From assembly GCA_965279515.1 (NCBI GenBank), contig CBDIID010000003.1, positions 1,056,001 to 1,120,000 on the forward strand: 64,000 bases of DNA. Reading direction: 5' to 3'. The notes below the pieces were generated by a model. The model was not told the origin of the DNA. It made no database searches and was given only the letters and a program-made list of their open reading frames with translations. The translations under genes were made by a program, and so were the position numbers. The DNA is from Turneriella sp. Lineage in GTDB: Bacteria; Spirochaetota; Leptospiria; Turneriellales; Turneriellaceae. Below are positions 30,335 through 39,212 of this stretch, one piece after another (within the stretch, counting starts at the first letter, position 1; every line of letters starts with the position of its first letter).

Positions 30335-31048
30335 TTAGCTGACTCCACCGCTAGCAGCTATTCTTAAATTCTTCTTTTCCAGAATTTCCGTATAACGCGC
30401 CCAGCGTTCGGTCGAGCCTGCAGTGCCTTTCTCAATCTGAAAGTAACAGGTTTCGTAACCTGCGGGTATCGTCGTCTTGAACATCACATCGTAGATATCG
30501 TTGCGGCCTTTGCTTTTAGCGAATTCCCGCGCGGCGTCAATCATGCCCTGCACGAAATAGCGCTGCACACGGCAGTCCATGGGCTGGTACATGTCCTGGT
30601 GCGGGCAGTAGTCGATATGAAAATCGGCCTTGCCCGCATCGATGCGCGGCGTCTCGAGTGATGCGTACGCGACACGGTTGATGACGGTAGCATAGAAGCT
30701 GATCCATTCGTCGGTTGAGATGCCGGGGTCGATTTCTGTGCCGTCGAGAATCTGGCGGCCAATATCGTGGCCGATCTTCTTAAGCGCGTTTAACACCAGC
30801 TTTTGGCCCTCGGCGCCAAAGGTTTTCTCCGCTGATTTCAAAACTTCGATCAGCGCCATCGCCTGCATCGTACCCCACTGCCAGAGGGTGGCCGGGTCAA
30901 AATTGGTTTCGGCCAGCACCTTGCGGATGTTTCCCAGGCCCTTGGCATAAGGTTGATTGTAGTGGAATTTTTCCCAGTTTTTTTCGGGGCGGCTTTGCCA
31001 ATGCGGGTGAGACTTATCGGCATGGATATCGCGGTCGATGTGTTTCAT
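30335..31048 (-). CDS. Hypothetical protein with V4R/ATC-hydrolase-like fold
   Basis: FG.EG......A....G...G, CP, C, T.P.G...C.F pattern; ATG at 31048. Confidence 0.5.
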   Translation of the reverse strand: MKHIDRDIHADKSHPHWQSRPEKNWEKFHYNQPYAKGLGNIRKVLAETNFDPATLWQWGTMQAMALIEVLKSAEKTFGAEGQKLVLNALKKIGHDIGRQILDGTEIDPGISTDEWISFYATVINRVAYASLETPRIDAGKADFHIDYCPHQDMYQPMDCRVQRYFVQGMIDAAREFAKSKGRNDIYDVMFKTTIPAGYETCYFQIEKGTAGSTERWARYTEILEKKNLRIAASGGVS

Positions 31049-31091
31049 GGAGAGACGCTCGCCGCGCGCTATTGTCCGTGGCGAGCAGTTA

Positions 31092-31193
31092 TGGTAAGTT
31101 CTGAAAAAGTCATGCGCGGCCGAGGCCGCGCGAGGGAATGCGCGCTCGCGATGATGCAAGCGCTCCTAATTTTGTCTTTTTCAGAACTTACCA
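31092..31193. mobile_element. MITE/REPIN-like 102-bp element with 18-bp terminal inverted repeats
   Basis: TGGTAAGTTCTGAAAAAG (31092-31109) and its exact reverse complement (31176-31193); internal GC-rich hairpins. Confidence 0.65.
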
Positions 31194-32291
31194 AGGATAA
31201 AAATTCACCACGCGCAGTAAATGGTGCATAATTTCAGGAGTGCAGCGCGTGGAATAATGGCTGGCATCCGACCAGTATTTGCATTTGTAATCGGCCTGAT
31301 CGGCGAAGTGGAATTTCAGTTTATCACCCTTGAATTCGCGCGCATACTTATCCACCGCGGGGGCATAGGGCGTCTTATCGAGTACGGCCTTAAGTTCGGC
31401 GTGCACAAATGGTTTATAAAGAAGAAGCGGCACCTTTTTTTCTGCCGCCATACGCACGATGCGGCGCAGCGATTCATCCATCAGCGGGTCGACGGCGAAG
31501 ATCTTATAGTTACCCTCGTACATCGTGAGAAACTGGCCGATGCGCTCTTCGCGGATCTTGCCCGTGAGATCGCTGTCGAGAAAATCTTTGTAACTGCGGT
31601 GGTATCTTTCGATGATGGAATATTCCGGCTGCTCTTCCTGTACTTTGGGCCTATAGTCATAGACAAGAAGCTCGGGGCGCGGTTTCAGCGCATAACCGGC
31701 AAACGCCAGGCGGGCAATGGCCTCATCGCGCACCGACTTTTTACCGAATTTCGCGAGCAGCGTGTAATAATCAAAGTCATATTCGTCTGAAAACAGGAAC
31801 TCCGACTTGCCGTGGTTGTTCTTGTGCTCGAGTTCAAGCAGTTCAGGCCCTAACTCCAGCACAATCGCATCGGGGATAAAATTCTTTTTCCACAGCCGGT
31901 CGAGCGCATGCCAGTAGACCGCCATCTGTGCACCGACCTGGGCGTAGACGAGAAACTGCGTATCCATGATCTGCTTCTTTTGCGGATCATTCAGATATTC
32001 GGAGAGGCGGGTTTCCTGTTTCAGGAGATTAAATCGTTCAGAACGCGAACTGCCGAAAACCACAACGGTTTTCGTGCCAACCTTTTTTGCCGCAAAGCTC
32101 GCTTCTTTATCGAGGCGAATCTTCGCTGTTTCGTTGAGAGCAAGCCCGGCATCGCGTGCCTTTGCGGGCAGCAGCAGCAATGCTTTGTCGACCAGTATCA
32201 CTGCGACGAGAACGATTACCGGATAATAGAGCCAGCGCCGCGATGGCGGGCGACGGTTCCGGAGCGAAGTCGAGGGATCAGAACTGGACAT
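31188..32291 (-). CDS. DUF1574-like / SGNH-like periplasmic partner of MBOAT
   Basis: N-terminal TM, VVVFGSSRS, C-terminal DASH (DxxH); directly downstream of an MBOAT gene. Confidence 0.7.
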   Translation of the reverse strand: MSSSDPSTSLRNRRPPSRRWLYYPVIVLVAVILVDKALLLLPAKARDAGLALNETAKIRLDKEASFAAKKVGTKTVVVFGSSRSERFNLLKQETRLSEYLNDPQKKQIMDTQFLVYAQVGAQMAVYWHALDRLWKKNFIPDAIVLELGPELLELEHKNNHGKSEFLFSDEYDFDYYTLLAKFGKKSVRDEAIARLAFAGYALKPRPELLVYDYRPKVQEEQPEYSIIERYHRSYKDFLDSDLTGKIREERIGQFLTMYEGNYKIFAVDPLMDESLRRIVRMAAEKKVPLLLYKPFVHAELKAVLDKTPYAPAVDKYAREFKGDKLKFHFADQADYKCKYWSDASHYSTRCTPEIMHHLLRVVNFYPW

Positions 32292-33693
32292 AGATGAAGG
32301 CCTCATTGGGTATTTGTATGCGTGCAATCAGAAAGACAATCACGAACATCAGCAATGGCACCCAGATTTTGGCGCGGGGAATAAAATATCCGAGCAACGC
32401 ATCGCGCCGCATCTCGAGGTATTGCACGAGCCATGTCAGTATGATCAGCGATAACACGAGCGAAACGGTGAGCGTCGCTGTTTTCCAGACAAAGACCTGT
32501 GAGATGATGCTGAGCGCCGACTTAAAATCTGAAGCGCGGAAAAAAACAAAGGCAAAACTCCAGCCGACAACGACCCAGAGATTGCGCACCAGCCACCAAA
32601 AGTTGTTCGCGGGCGACTTGCCTACTTTCAGGATTTTCTCCACACAGAGAAAAAGGCCGTGCAGCACACCCCACACCAGAAAGTTCAGCGTCTCGCCGTG
32701 CCAGATACCCGAGAGCACCATGGCCGCGAATAAGTTGAAATACTGGCGTACAGCGCCGACGCGGTTACCCCCCAAAGGAAAATAAATATATTCCCGGATA
32801 AAGGCAGAGAGCGTGATATGCCAACGTGTCCATAGCTCTGAAAAACTCGTCGAAAAATACGGGCTGCGAAAATTCACCGGCATATCGTAACCGAAAAGTT
32901 TTGCCATACCGCGCGCCATGTCGATAAAGCCGGAGAAATCACAATAGATCTGCGCGCTATAGCCAAAGATTGCCAAGAGCGTATCGATGCTGCCGTACTC
33001 CGCCGGCGCCTTGAACACGGGATTAATGAGGTAGCCCAGTACGTCAGCGATAAACAGCTTCTTTATTAATCCGAGCGCGATCAGGTACAGACCGCGCGTC
33101 TGCCCCTCTTGCGACTCGACTTCATTGCCGATCTGGGCATAAAAATCCGAAGAGCGCAGAATCGGGCCCGAAATCAGGTGAGGGAAAAACAGCATAAAGA
33201 GAAAAAACTTTCCCGGTGCGACGTCACTGACTTGTGACGGCTGCAAAGACGGCCTCGTGCCGACAGCCGTCCCTGAGGCATCCATGCCTTTGGTTCTTGA
33301 GACATCCACCTGAAAGGCAATAAACTGGAAGGTGTAAAAGCTGATCGCCAGCGGCATGACGATCTTGAGCGTTGCGGGGTCAGCAATGCCTGCATGCGGC
33401 GCAACCAGCGCCACCGCCGAATTGAAATATTTAAAAAATACCAGGTGCAGTATATTCAGTGCAACCGCAAATACCAGTGTCGCGCGGGAGGCCGAAGCGG
33501 CGATGCGACGCGCGAGAAAATAGTTGATCGCAATGACAATCAGAAAATGCAGCAGAAACGCCGGGCTATAAAAACCGTAATAGAACAACGAAGCGGCGAT
33601 GAGAAAACCCACGCGCAGGCGCTGCGGCAGGTTCCAGTAGATCAGGAACGAAAAACTAAAGAAGGCAACAAAAATGAGCGAAAGAAAGTTCAC
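32278..33693 (-). CDS. MBOAT family O-acyltransferase (AlgI/DltB-like)
   Basis: LVFFKY, PLAISFYTFQ, FFPHLISGPI, QIYCDFSG, NF.SPY, W.RWHITLS, YIYFPLGGN, GIWHG, WG..HG. Confidence 0.94.
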   Translation of the reverse strand: MNFLSLIFVAFFSFSFLIYWNLPQRLRVGFLIAASLFYYGFYSPAFLLHFLIVIAINYFLARRIAASASRATLVFAVALNILHLVFFKYFNSAVALVAPHAGIADPATLKIVMPLAISFYTFQFIAFQVDVSRTKGMDASGTAVGTRPSLQPSQVSDVAPGKFFLFMLFFPHLISGPILRSSDFYAQIGNEVESQEGQTRGLYLIALGLIKKLFIADVLGYLINPVFKAPAEYGSIDTLLAIFGYSAQIYCDFSGFIDMARGMAKLFGYDMPVNFRSPYFSTSFSELWTRWHITLSAFIREYIYFPLGGNRVGAVRQYFNLFAAMVLSGIWHGETLNFLVWGVLHGLFLCVEKILKVGKSPANNFWWLVRNLWVVVGWSFAFVFFRASDFKSALSIISQVFVWKTATLTVSLVLSLIILTWLVQYLEMRRDALLGYFIPRAKIWVPLLMFVIVFLIARIQIPNEAFIYVQF

Positions 33694-33734
33694 GAGATGT
33701 CATTGTGACCGACGGATTTAAAGGCGCAAGCGAA

Positions 33735-34625
33735 TTAGAACTCGAATACCGCGGCGAGGTAGGCGGCGTCGCGTCGGGGGATGACCGCCGTCTGCGCATA
33801 GCGGATTTTTTGTCCTGGCGATGCCCCTTCCGCCGCGCTGCCGTTATTGCCAGAAAAGTCGCGGCGGAAATTCTGTCCCGTTGTCCAGCCGATGATGTGA
33901 CCGATCATTGCCCCCGCGACGACGTCTGAAAACCAGTGCGAGTCGTTTTCGAGGACACTGAGCCCCATTGCCAGGGAAACCGGATAACCAATGATGGCAA
34001 TCCAGTGCTTTTTAGGGTAATATGCATAAAGCGCAGACACAAAAGTAATCGTCGACGATGTATGGCCCGAAGGCCAGAAAAAGCGCCCTTCGCTGCGACT
34101 GAAGTCAGTGTTGAAGAAACGGAAATCCGTAGCATTGTCGGTGCGGGTGAAATCCGACGGCGCATTCGGGTCGCCATCCTTGAGCGGGGCCTGGCGGCCG
34201 CTGACATATTTCATCAGCATGGTGATCAGCCCGGTTGTCGCAATCGCCTGTATCGTCGCCGACCCCGCGCCGATGACTTCGTTGTCTGATTCCTTGAGAC
34301 CCCAGAGATACATGACGACGGCAGGGGTAATCTGCCAGAACCAGCCGAGAAAAAGCCCGACCTTACCGAAATCGCGGCCAATCGGGTCCTTCCAGAAAAA
34401 TTTTTGCACCGCATTGTCGGCGCCGCTCTGGGCAATGACGTAGGTTGAGCCGATCGCCCCCAGATGCCAGAAGCTGTTCCAGCCTGCATACGAGTCATAG
34501 ACATTGCCCAAGACGTTGTGCCACGGGTGCAATCTTTTGCCCTGATTTTCAGCGGGGGGATTTTCCGCGGCGGCGACGACGGACAGCGAAAGCAGCAAAA
34601 CGCACGTGACTTTTTTCAAAAACAT
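33735..34625 (-). CDS. PAP2-family phosphatase, exported
   Basis: K...GR..P, PSGHTS, HWFSDV.AG; signal peptide from ATG 34625. Confidence 0.85.
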   Translation of the reverse strand: MFLKKVTCVLLLSLSVVAAAENPPAENQGKRLHPWHNVLGNVYDSYAGWNSFWHLGAIGSTYVIAQSGADNAVQKFFWKDPIGRDFGKVGLFLGWFWQITPAVVMYLWGLKESDNEVIGAGSATIQAIATTGLITMLMKYVSGRQAPLKDGDPNAPSDFTRTDNATDFRFFNTDFSRSEGRFFWPSGHTSSTITFVSALYAYYPKKHWIAIIGYPVSLAMGLSVLENDSHWFSDVVAGAMIGHIIGWTTGQNFRRDFSGNNGSAAEGASPGQKIRYAQTAVIPRRDAAYLAAVFEF

Positions 34626-34718
34626 ACGACCGGTTCGGCAGGCAGGCTGAAAAGCAAACGGCGGCCGAACATCCAAATATGCTGGACGGCGCCCGGCCAT
34701 GCTTCCGACACGGGAAAC

Positions 34719-35522
34719 ATGCTGAAAGTTATTGCATCCATCCTTCTGAGCCTGGCTCTTCTCGCCCCGGCAAATGCCGCCGACCCGGCCGCCGCGAAAT
34801 ATATCGAATATCTTCCCGGCACGATGCCGCTGATTCTTGAAGTACCGCATGACGGCATCGAGGCTTATCCCGGTGTCGCCGAACGCACAAATCCCAAAGG
34901 GTTTCCGGCATTCCGCAAAGGCAGGGATACGAACACCGCTGAACTTGCCCGCAAGCTACAGGCGGGCTTTTTCGAAAAAACAGGAAAAAAGCCCTATGTC
35001 GTCATCATGAAACTTGCCCGTAAGTGGGTGGATGTCAACCGCGAAGAAGAGCGCGGTGTGGAGAACGAGAAGATCGCAGAGGTCTACCGTCTCTACTATA
35101 CAAAACTGCACGAAGCCAAAAATGAAATTATCCAGAAACACGGGAAAGGCCTGATCCTCAATATCCATTCGAGCAACACCTGGCAGCATGACGTCTATTT
35201 CGGCAGTGGCGGCATGAAGGCCGTGAAGCCGCTCATCAAACGCTCTGGTTTCAACGCCTACAGCGGCGAATTCAGCATACAGCAAACGCTCTCCGACAAG
35301 GGCTATGAAATTCCCGGTTATAAAAATATTCCGTCAGAACAAGGGCCGACAGGTAATGTCAACCGCGCGCTGACGTGGGTTGATAAGGACAGCAAGCTCG
35401 ACGCGATCGAAATTGAAATCAATGGCAAAAAACACCTCGAAGAAGCGGAGAGCCTGACAAAGTTCTCGGAAGATTTTGGCGAAGCGGTACTGAAGTTCGT
35501 GAAGAAGTATTACACACCATGA
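34719..35522 (+). CDS. N-formylglutamate amidohydrolase-like (Zn-peptidase fold) exported protein
   Basis: LILEVPHDG, D.NT, R..VDVNR, NIHS, AIEIE; signal peptide from ATG 34719. Confidence 0.7.
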   Translation: MLKVIASILLSLALLAPANAADPAAAKYIEYLPGTMPLILEVPHDGIEAYPGVAERTNPKGFPAFRKGRDTNTAELARKLQAGFFEKTGKKPYVVIMKLARKWVDVNREEERGVENEKIAEVYRLYYTKLHEAKNEIIQKHGKGLILNIHSSNTWQHDVYFGSGGMKAVKPLIKRSGFNAYSGEFSIQQTLSDKGYEIPGYKNIPSEQGPTGNVNRALTWVDKDSKLDAIEIEINGKKHLEEAESLTKFSEDFGEAVLKFVKKYYTP

Positions 35523-36478
35523 AAATTTTCATCACGGGCGCCTCGGGTTTCGTCGGCTCAGCGGTTGTCACACAACTTAAGAAGAAACATTCGCTCTTTG
35601 CGATGTCGCGTTCTGAAAAGAGCGACGCGGCGATCAAAAAGCTCGGCGCCAAACCCGTGCGCTCAGAGCTCGGCAAGGTTTCGCCTGCCGACCTCAAAGG
35701 CATCGATGTGATCGTGCACGCGGCGGCATTCGTCGAACAATGGGGTACTAAAGAAGATTTCTGGAAAGCGAACGTCACTGGCACCGAACAAATCATCGAA
35801 GCCGCGAAGGCGGCGAAAGTAAAACGTTTTATATTTATTGGAACCGAAGCCTGCCTGTTCCACGGGCAAGACATGATCAATATCGACGAGAGCTATCCCT
35901 ACCCCGAAAGTACACCTTTTCTTTATTCACTGACCAAGGGCGAAGCTGAGAAACGCGTGATCGCCGCAAATACCAAAACCTTTGCAACGCTGTCCATACG
36001 CCCGCGGCTCGTCTGGGGCACCGGTGACAAAACCATACTGCCCGTGCTCGTCGATATGATCCAAAAGAAAAAATTCATGTGGATGGACCACGGCGCCAAA
36101 AATACCGACACCACACACATTCTGAACCTGGTGCACGCGGTAGAGCTCGGCCTCAAAAAAGGCAAAGGCGGCGAAGTCTATTTTGTCACCGACGGCGAAA
36201 AAACGACCTTCCGCGAATTCCTCGGCCGATACCTTGCCACACAGGGAATCACCGCTCCGCAAAAATCCATCCCCGGTTCTGTGGCGCGTGGCGTCGCCGC
36301 CCTCGTCGAGGGGATCTGGAAATTGTTTCGGCTCAAGGGTGAACCGCCACTGACCCGCTTTGCCGCGGCGATTATGTCGCGTCATTGCACGATCCGCATC
36401 GATAAGATTCAGGCAGATATGGGTTATAAGCCGGTGCTTTCCGTGGCCCAGGGCCTTCAAAACATGCCCCGACTCTAG
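35519..36478 (+). CDS. NAD-dependent epimerase/dehydratase (3-beta-HSD-like extended SDR)
   Basis: ITGASGFVG, VHAAA, NV.GT, YSLTK, IRPR.VWG.GD. Confidence 0.92.
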   Translation: MKIFITGASGFVGSAVVTQLKKKHSLFAMSRSEKSDAAIKKLGAKPVRSELGKVSPADLKGIDVIVHAAAFVEQWGTKEDFWKANVTGTEQIIEAAKAAKVKRFIFIGTEACLFHGQDMINIDESYPYPESTPFLYSLTKGEAEKRVIAANTKTFATLSIRPRLVWGTGDKTILPVLVDMIQKKKFMWMDHGAKNTDTTHILNLVHAVELGLKKGKGGEVYFVTDGEKTTFREFLGRYLATQGITAPQKSIPGSVARGVAALVEGIWKLFRLKGEPPLTRFAAAIMSRHCTIRIDKIQADMGYKPVLSVAQGLQNMPRL

Positions 36479-36516
36479 ACCCTACGGTCCCGTGGCGGCT
36501 CTGCCGATAATCGACT

Positions 36517-37722
36517 ATGCGATTATCCAATGTTACACGAGGTAACTGGGGACGGCGGACAGGAGGTCCTCTTTTTGCCGTCCTGGCGGATTTACCGCGT
36601 AGCGGGCGGCTTTTGCACCTTGTTGCGGCGGCAATTTTATTGATCACGGCCTGCTCCCCGAGGGGAAAAGGCAGGTTTTCCTCTTATATATATAAATCCT
36701 CAGGCAGTACCTCCCTGCCCCACGATGCCGACGGCGGCATCATTGTGCGGGTGAAACTCTTTGCCGGTGAATCGTTGACCATCAAGGCCGACGACTATAC
36801 CTTCACCTCAGGCAAAACTACCCGCCGCGGTTCGGGTTCGATCACCATCACCGAAGAAGGTGTCTTGCAACCCAAGGGCTATTTTGTACTGGGTTCAAAA
36901 CGTTATCACGGCGCGCTCGAAGCCAAACGCGACAGCGGAGGTTGGCTCTACATCAACCATGTACCGATGGATGAATACTTAACATCCGTTGTAAGCCACG
37001 AGATGAGCCCGTCATGGCATAGCGAGGCGCTGAAGGCCCAGGCCGTTGTCGCGCGTACCTACCTGCTTCTCAAAATGAAAGAGCGCGCAAAGAAGCCATA
37101 CGACGTCGACACCACAACCAACTTCCAGGTCTATGGCGGTATCAAAAAGGGTGACACGGGTGCGCGCAACGCGGTGGCAGAAACGCATAATGAGGTTCTT
37201 TACCACGGCGACAAATTGGCGCAGACATTTTTTCACTCTTCGTGTGGTGGTACGCTTGCATCGGCCGAAGAGGTTTGGGGTAAATCGGTGCCCTACCTGG
37301 GTGTACAAAGCTCACCCTATTGCTCCAGCGCACCGGTCTACAAATGGTCGATTAAAATTCCCTTCACCGAAATCGGTCGTCGGCTCGCTGCCAGCGGCGT
37401 GCGCAGTGTCAGCGTGGCCGAGCGCAGCCCGTCAAAACGCGTGAAGACGCTCAACATCGTCACGGCCTCGGGCACCAAGAAAGTGCGCGCGGATAAATTC
37501 CGTACGGCACTGGGCGCGCTCAAGGTAAAATCGACCTTCTTCGGCGTCGCGCGCGACGGCAATGCAGTGATTCTCACCGGCCGCGGTTTTGGCCACGGCG
37601 TCGGCATGTGCCAGTGGGGCGCAAAAGTTCAGGCCGATGAGCGGGGCACGAGCTACCGCCGTATTCTCGACCATTATTTTCCGGGAACATCGCTGCGTGC
37701 CGTGAACGCACAGAGCGTCTAA
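36517..37722 (+). CDS. SpoIID/LytB-domain lytic transglycosylase-like lipoprotein
   Basis: IN.V.M.EYL.SVV..EM...W..EALKAQAV.ARTY, FQVYGG, FHSSCGG, G.GFGHGVGMCQWGA, IL.HYFPG; ITAC lipobox. The true start may be downstream (about 36583-36613). Confidence 0.9.
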   Translation: MRLSNVTRGNWGRRTGGPLFAVLADLPRSGRLLHLVAAAILLITACSPRGKGRFSSYIYKSSGSTSLPHDADGGIIVRVKLFAGESLTIKADDYTFTSGKTTRRGSGSITITEEGVLQPKGYFVLGSKRYHGALEAKRDSGGWLYINHVPMDEYLTSVVSHEMSPSWHSEALKAQAVVARTYLLLKMKERAKKPYDVDTTTNFQVYGGIKKGDTGARNAVAETHNEVLYHGDKLAQTFFHSSCGGTLASAEEVWGKSVPYLGVQSSPYCSSAPVYKWSIKIPFTEIGRRLAASGVRSVSVAERSPSKRVKTLNIVTASGTKKVRADKFRTALGALKVKSTFFGVARDGNAVILTGRGFGHGVGMCQWGAKVQADERGTSYRRILDHYFPGTSLRAVNAQSV

Positions 37723-38339
37723 TGGCGAGAAAAGCAAAAACATCCCCCGACGTTTACCGCGGTCACATTCAGACGCCCTCGGCTGCCGCGCCCACACAAA
37801 GCGAATATACATCACCGCTGGCACGCACATCACTGCCGGCCGTGAGCTGGTATGAATTTATCGCCACAGGTTTTTTCTCAGGCTACCTGCCGAAAGCACC
37901 GGGTACCTGGGGTTCGATTTTCGCCATCCTCATCTTTTTCCTCACCGCGAGAATGATTCCGCATGAAGGTTTTTTTATGGTGGGATTTCTCCCGGTGTCG
38001 TGGTTTGCGATCGTGCTGGGCATCATCACCACGGTGCTGGGCATCTATACGTCGCAGCGTCTTGCCGACGAATGGCGCGAGAAGGACCCGGGTGAAATTG
38101 TCATCGACGAATTTGCCGGCATATTTTTTGCCTGTGCGCTGGTGACACCGACCCTTTTCTCACTGGCCGCTGCTTTTCTTTTGTTCCGCTTTTTCGATAT
38201 CGTCAAACCGGGCCCGATTACAAAACTGCAGAACCTGCCCGGCGGCCAAGGCATCGTGCTCGACGACGTGCTCGCGGGCATTTTTGCCGCGCCGCTGGCA
38301 TTCGCCGCAGAGCTCATTTACCGGAAAATTTCTGGTTAA
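37722..38339 (+). CDS. pgpA: Phosphatidylglycerophosphatase A
   Basis: G..SGYLPKAPGTWGS, DPGEIVIDE, FRFFDIVKP, GIVLDDVLAG. Confidence 0.95.
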   Translation: MARKAKTSPDVYRGHIQTPSAAAPTQSEYTSPLARTSLPAVSWYEFIATGFFSGYLPKAPGTWGSIFAILIFFLTARMIPHEGFFMVGFLPVSWFAIVLGIITTVLGIYTSQRLADEWREKDPGEIVIDEFAGIFFACALVTPTLFSLAAAFLLFRFFDIVKPGPITKLQNLPGGQGIVLDDVLAGIFAAPLAFAAELIYRKISG

Positions 38340-38342
38340 GCC

Positions 38343-39212
38343 ATGGGAAAAAACCGGCTACAGGTTCTCTACAATGTTCTCGAAAAGGAATTCTCCGGTT
38401 CGGAAGAGGTATTCTTAAGCGCCGAGAAATCCCGCTTTGCGCTGCGTGAAAATTACCAAGCAATTCTGAAAACGATCACAGAGGCGACAGAAAAGCTCGA
38501 CCATTATCCCCAGGCGGCGGCCTTGAAACGCATTCGCCTCATCGAAACGCTGCTCAAAGATCTCTTGCTGCGCTATGAGACCGAACGCCGCCATTTTAAC
38601 GCGCTGGGCTTTCTGCTCGGGCGCCTGCGCTCAAACCTCGCGACCGAAATGCTTGAGCCGCGCCTCTACCAGAAGATACGCTCAGCGCTCGAACAGGAAG
38701 AAAACTTCGTGCGCCTCAGGGAAAAGTATCCCGATGCCGATGCGGTGATCACCGAACCCAAAGCGCCGCCAAAACCGCAAAAGCCGGTGAAGAAAGTACG
38801 GCTGATGCTGATCGCCGCTGCGAATTTACACTATGCGATACCCGTAACAAAAATCTGGAAAAAGACGCCCGCCGCAGGGCCTATCGCGGAGAAGCTTCTG
38901 AAGACGGGCTTCTCGCACATGCGCCTGCCCGTCGACGGCAAACCTGCGCGTGATTACGCACATGCGGTGGCCTACTCCGACTTCAAAGACGAACGCCGCC
39001 TGGTCTATTGCGATACTTATTTCATGCCTGTGGAAATCCCCCAGAAAATGCTGAAGCAGATGGTGGTCTTTGCCACCAGCAAAGTGGGAGATCAGGCGGA
39101 GCACCGGCCATACGTTACGTTTTATGGCCGTCACTTTTTTGTGTACGGCGCACGTTTGAGTTACACTGTTCGCACCGGTGGCCGCGTCAGATCAATCTCA
39201 CCTGGGCGTTGA
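38343..39212 (+). CDS. Hypothetical protein with possible degenerate CheW-like C-terminal domain
   Basis: Helical N-terminus, PKAPPKPQKP linker, LMLIAAANLHYAIPV..I. Confidence 0.5.
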   Translation: MGKNRLQVLYNVLEKEFSGSEEVFLSAEKSRFALRENYQAILKTITEATEKLDHYPQAAALKRIRLIETLLKDLLLRYETERRHFNALGFLLGRLRSNLATEMLEPRLYQKIRSALEQEENFVRLREKYPDADAVITEPKAPPKPQKPVKKVRLMLIAAANLHYAIPVTKIWKKTPAAGPIAEKLLKTGFSHMRLPVDGKPARDYAHAVAYSDFKDERRLVYCDTYFMPVEIPQKMLKQMVVFATSKVGDQAEHRPYVTFYGRHFFVYGARLSYTVRTGGRVRSISPGR

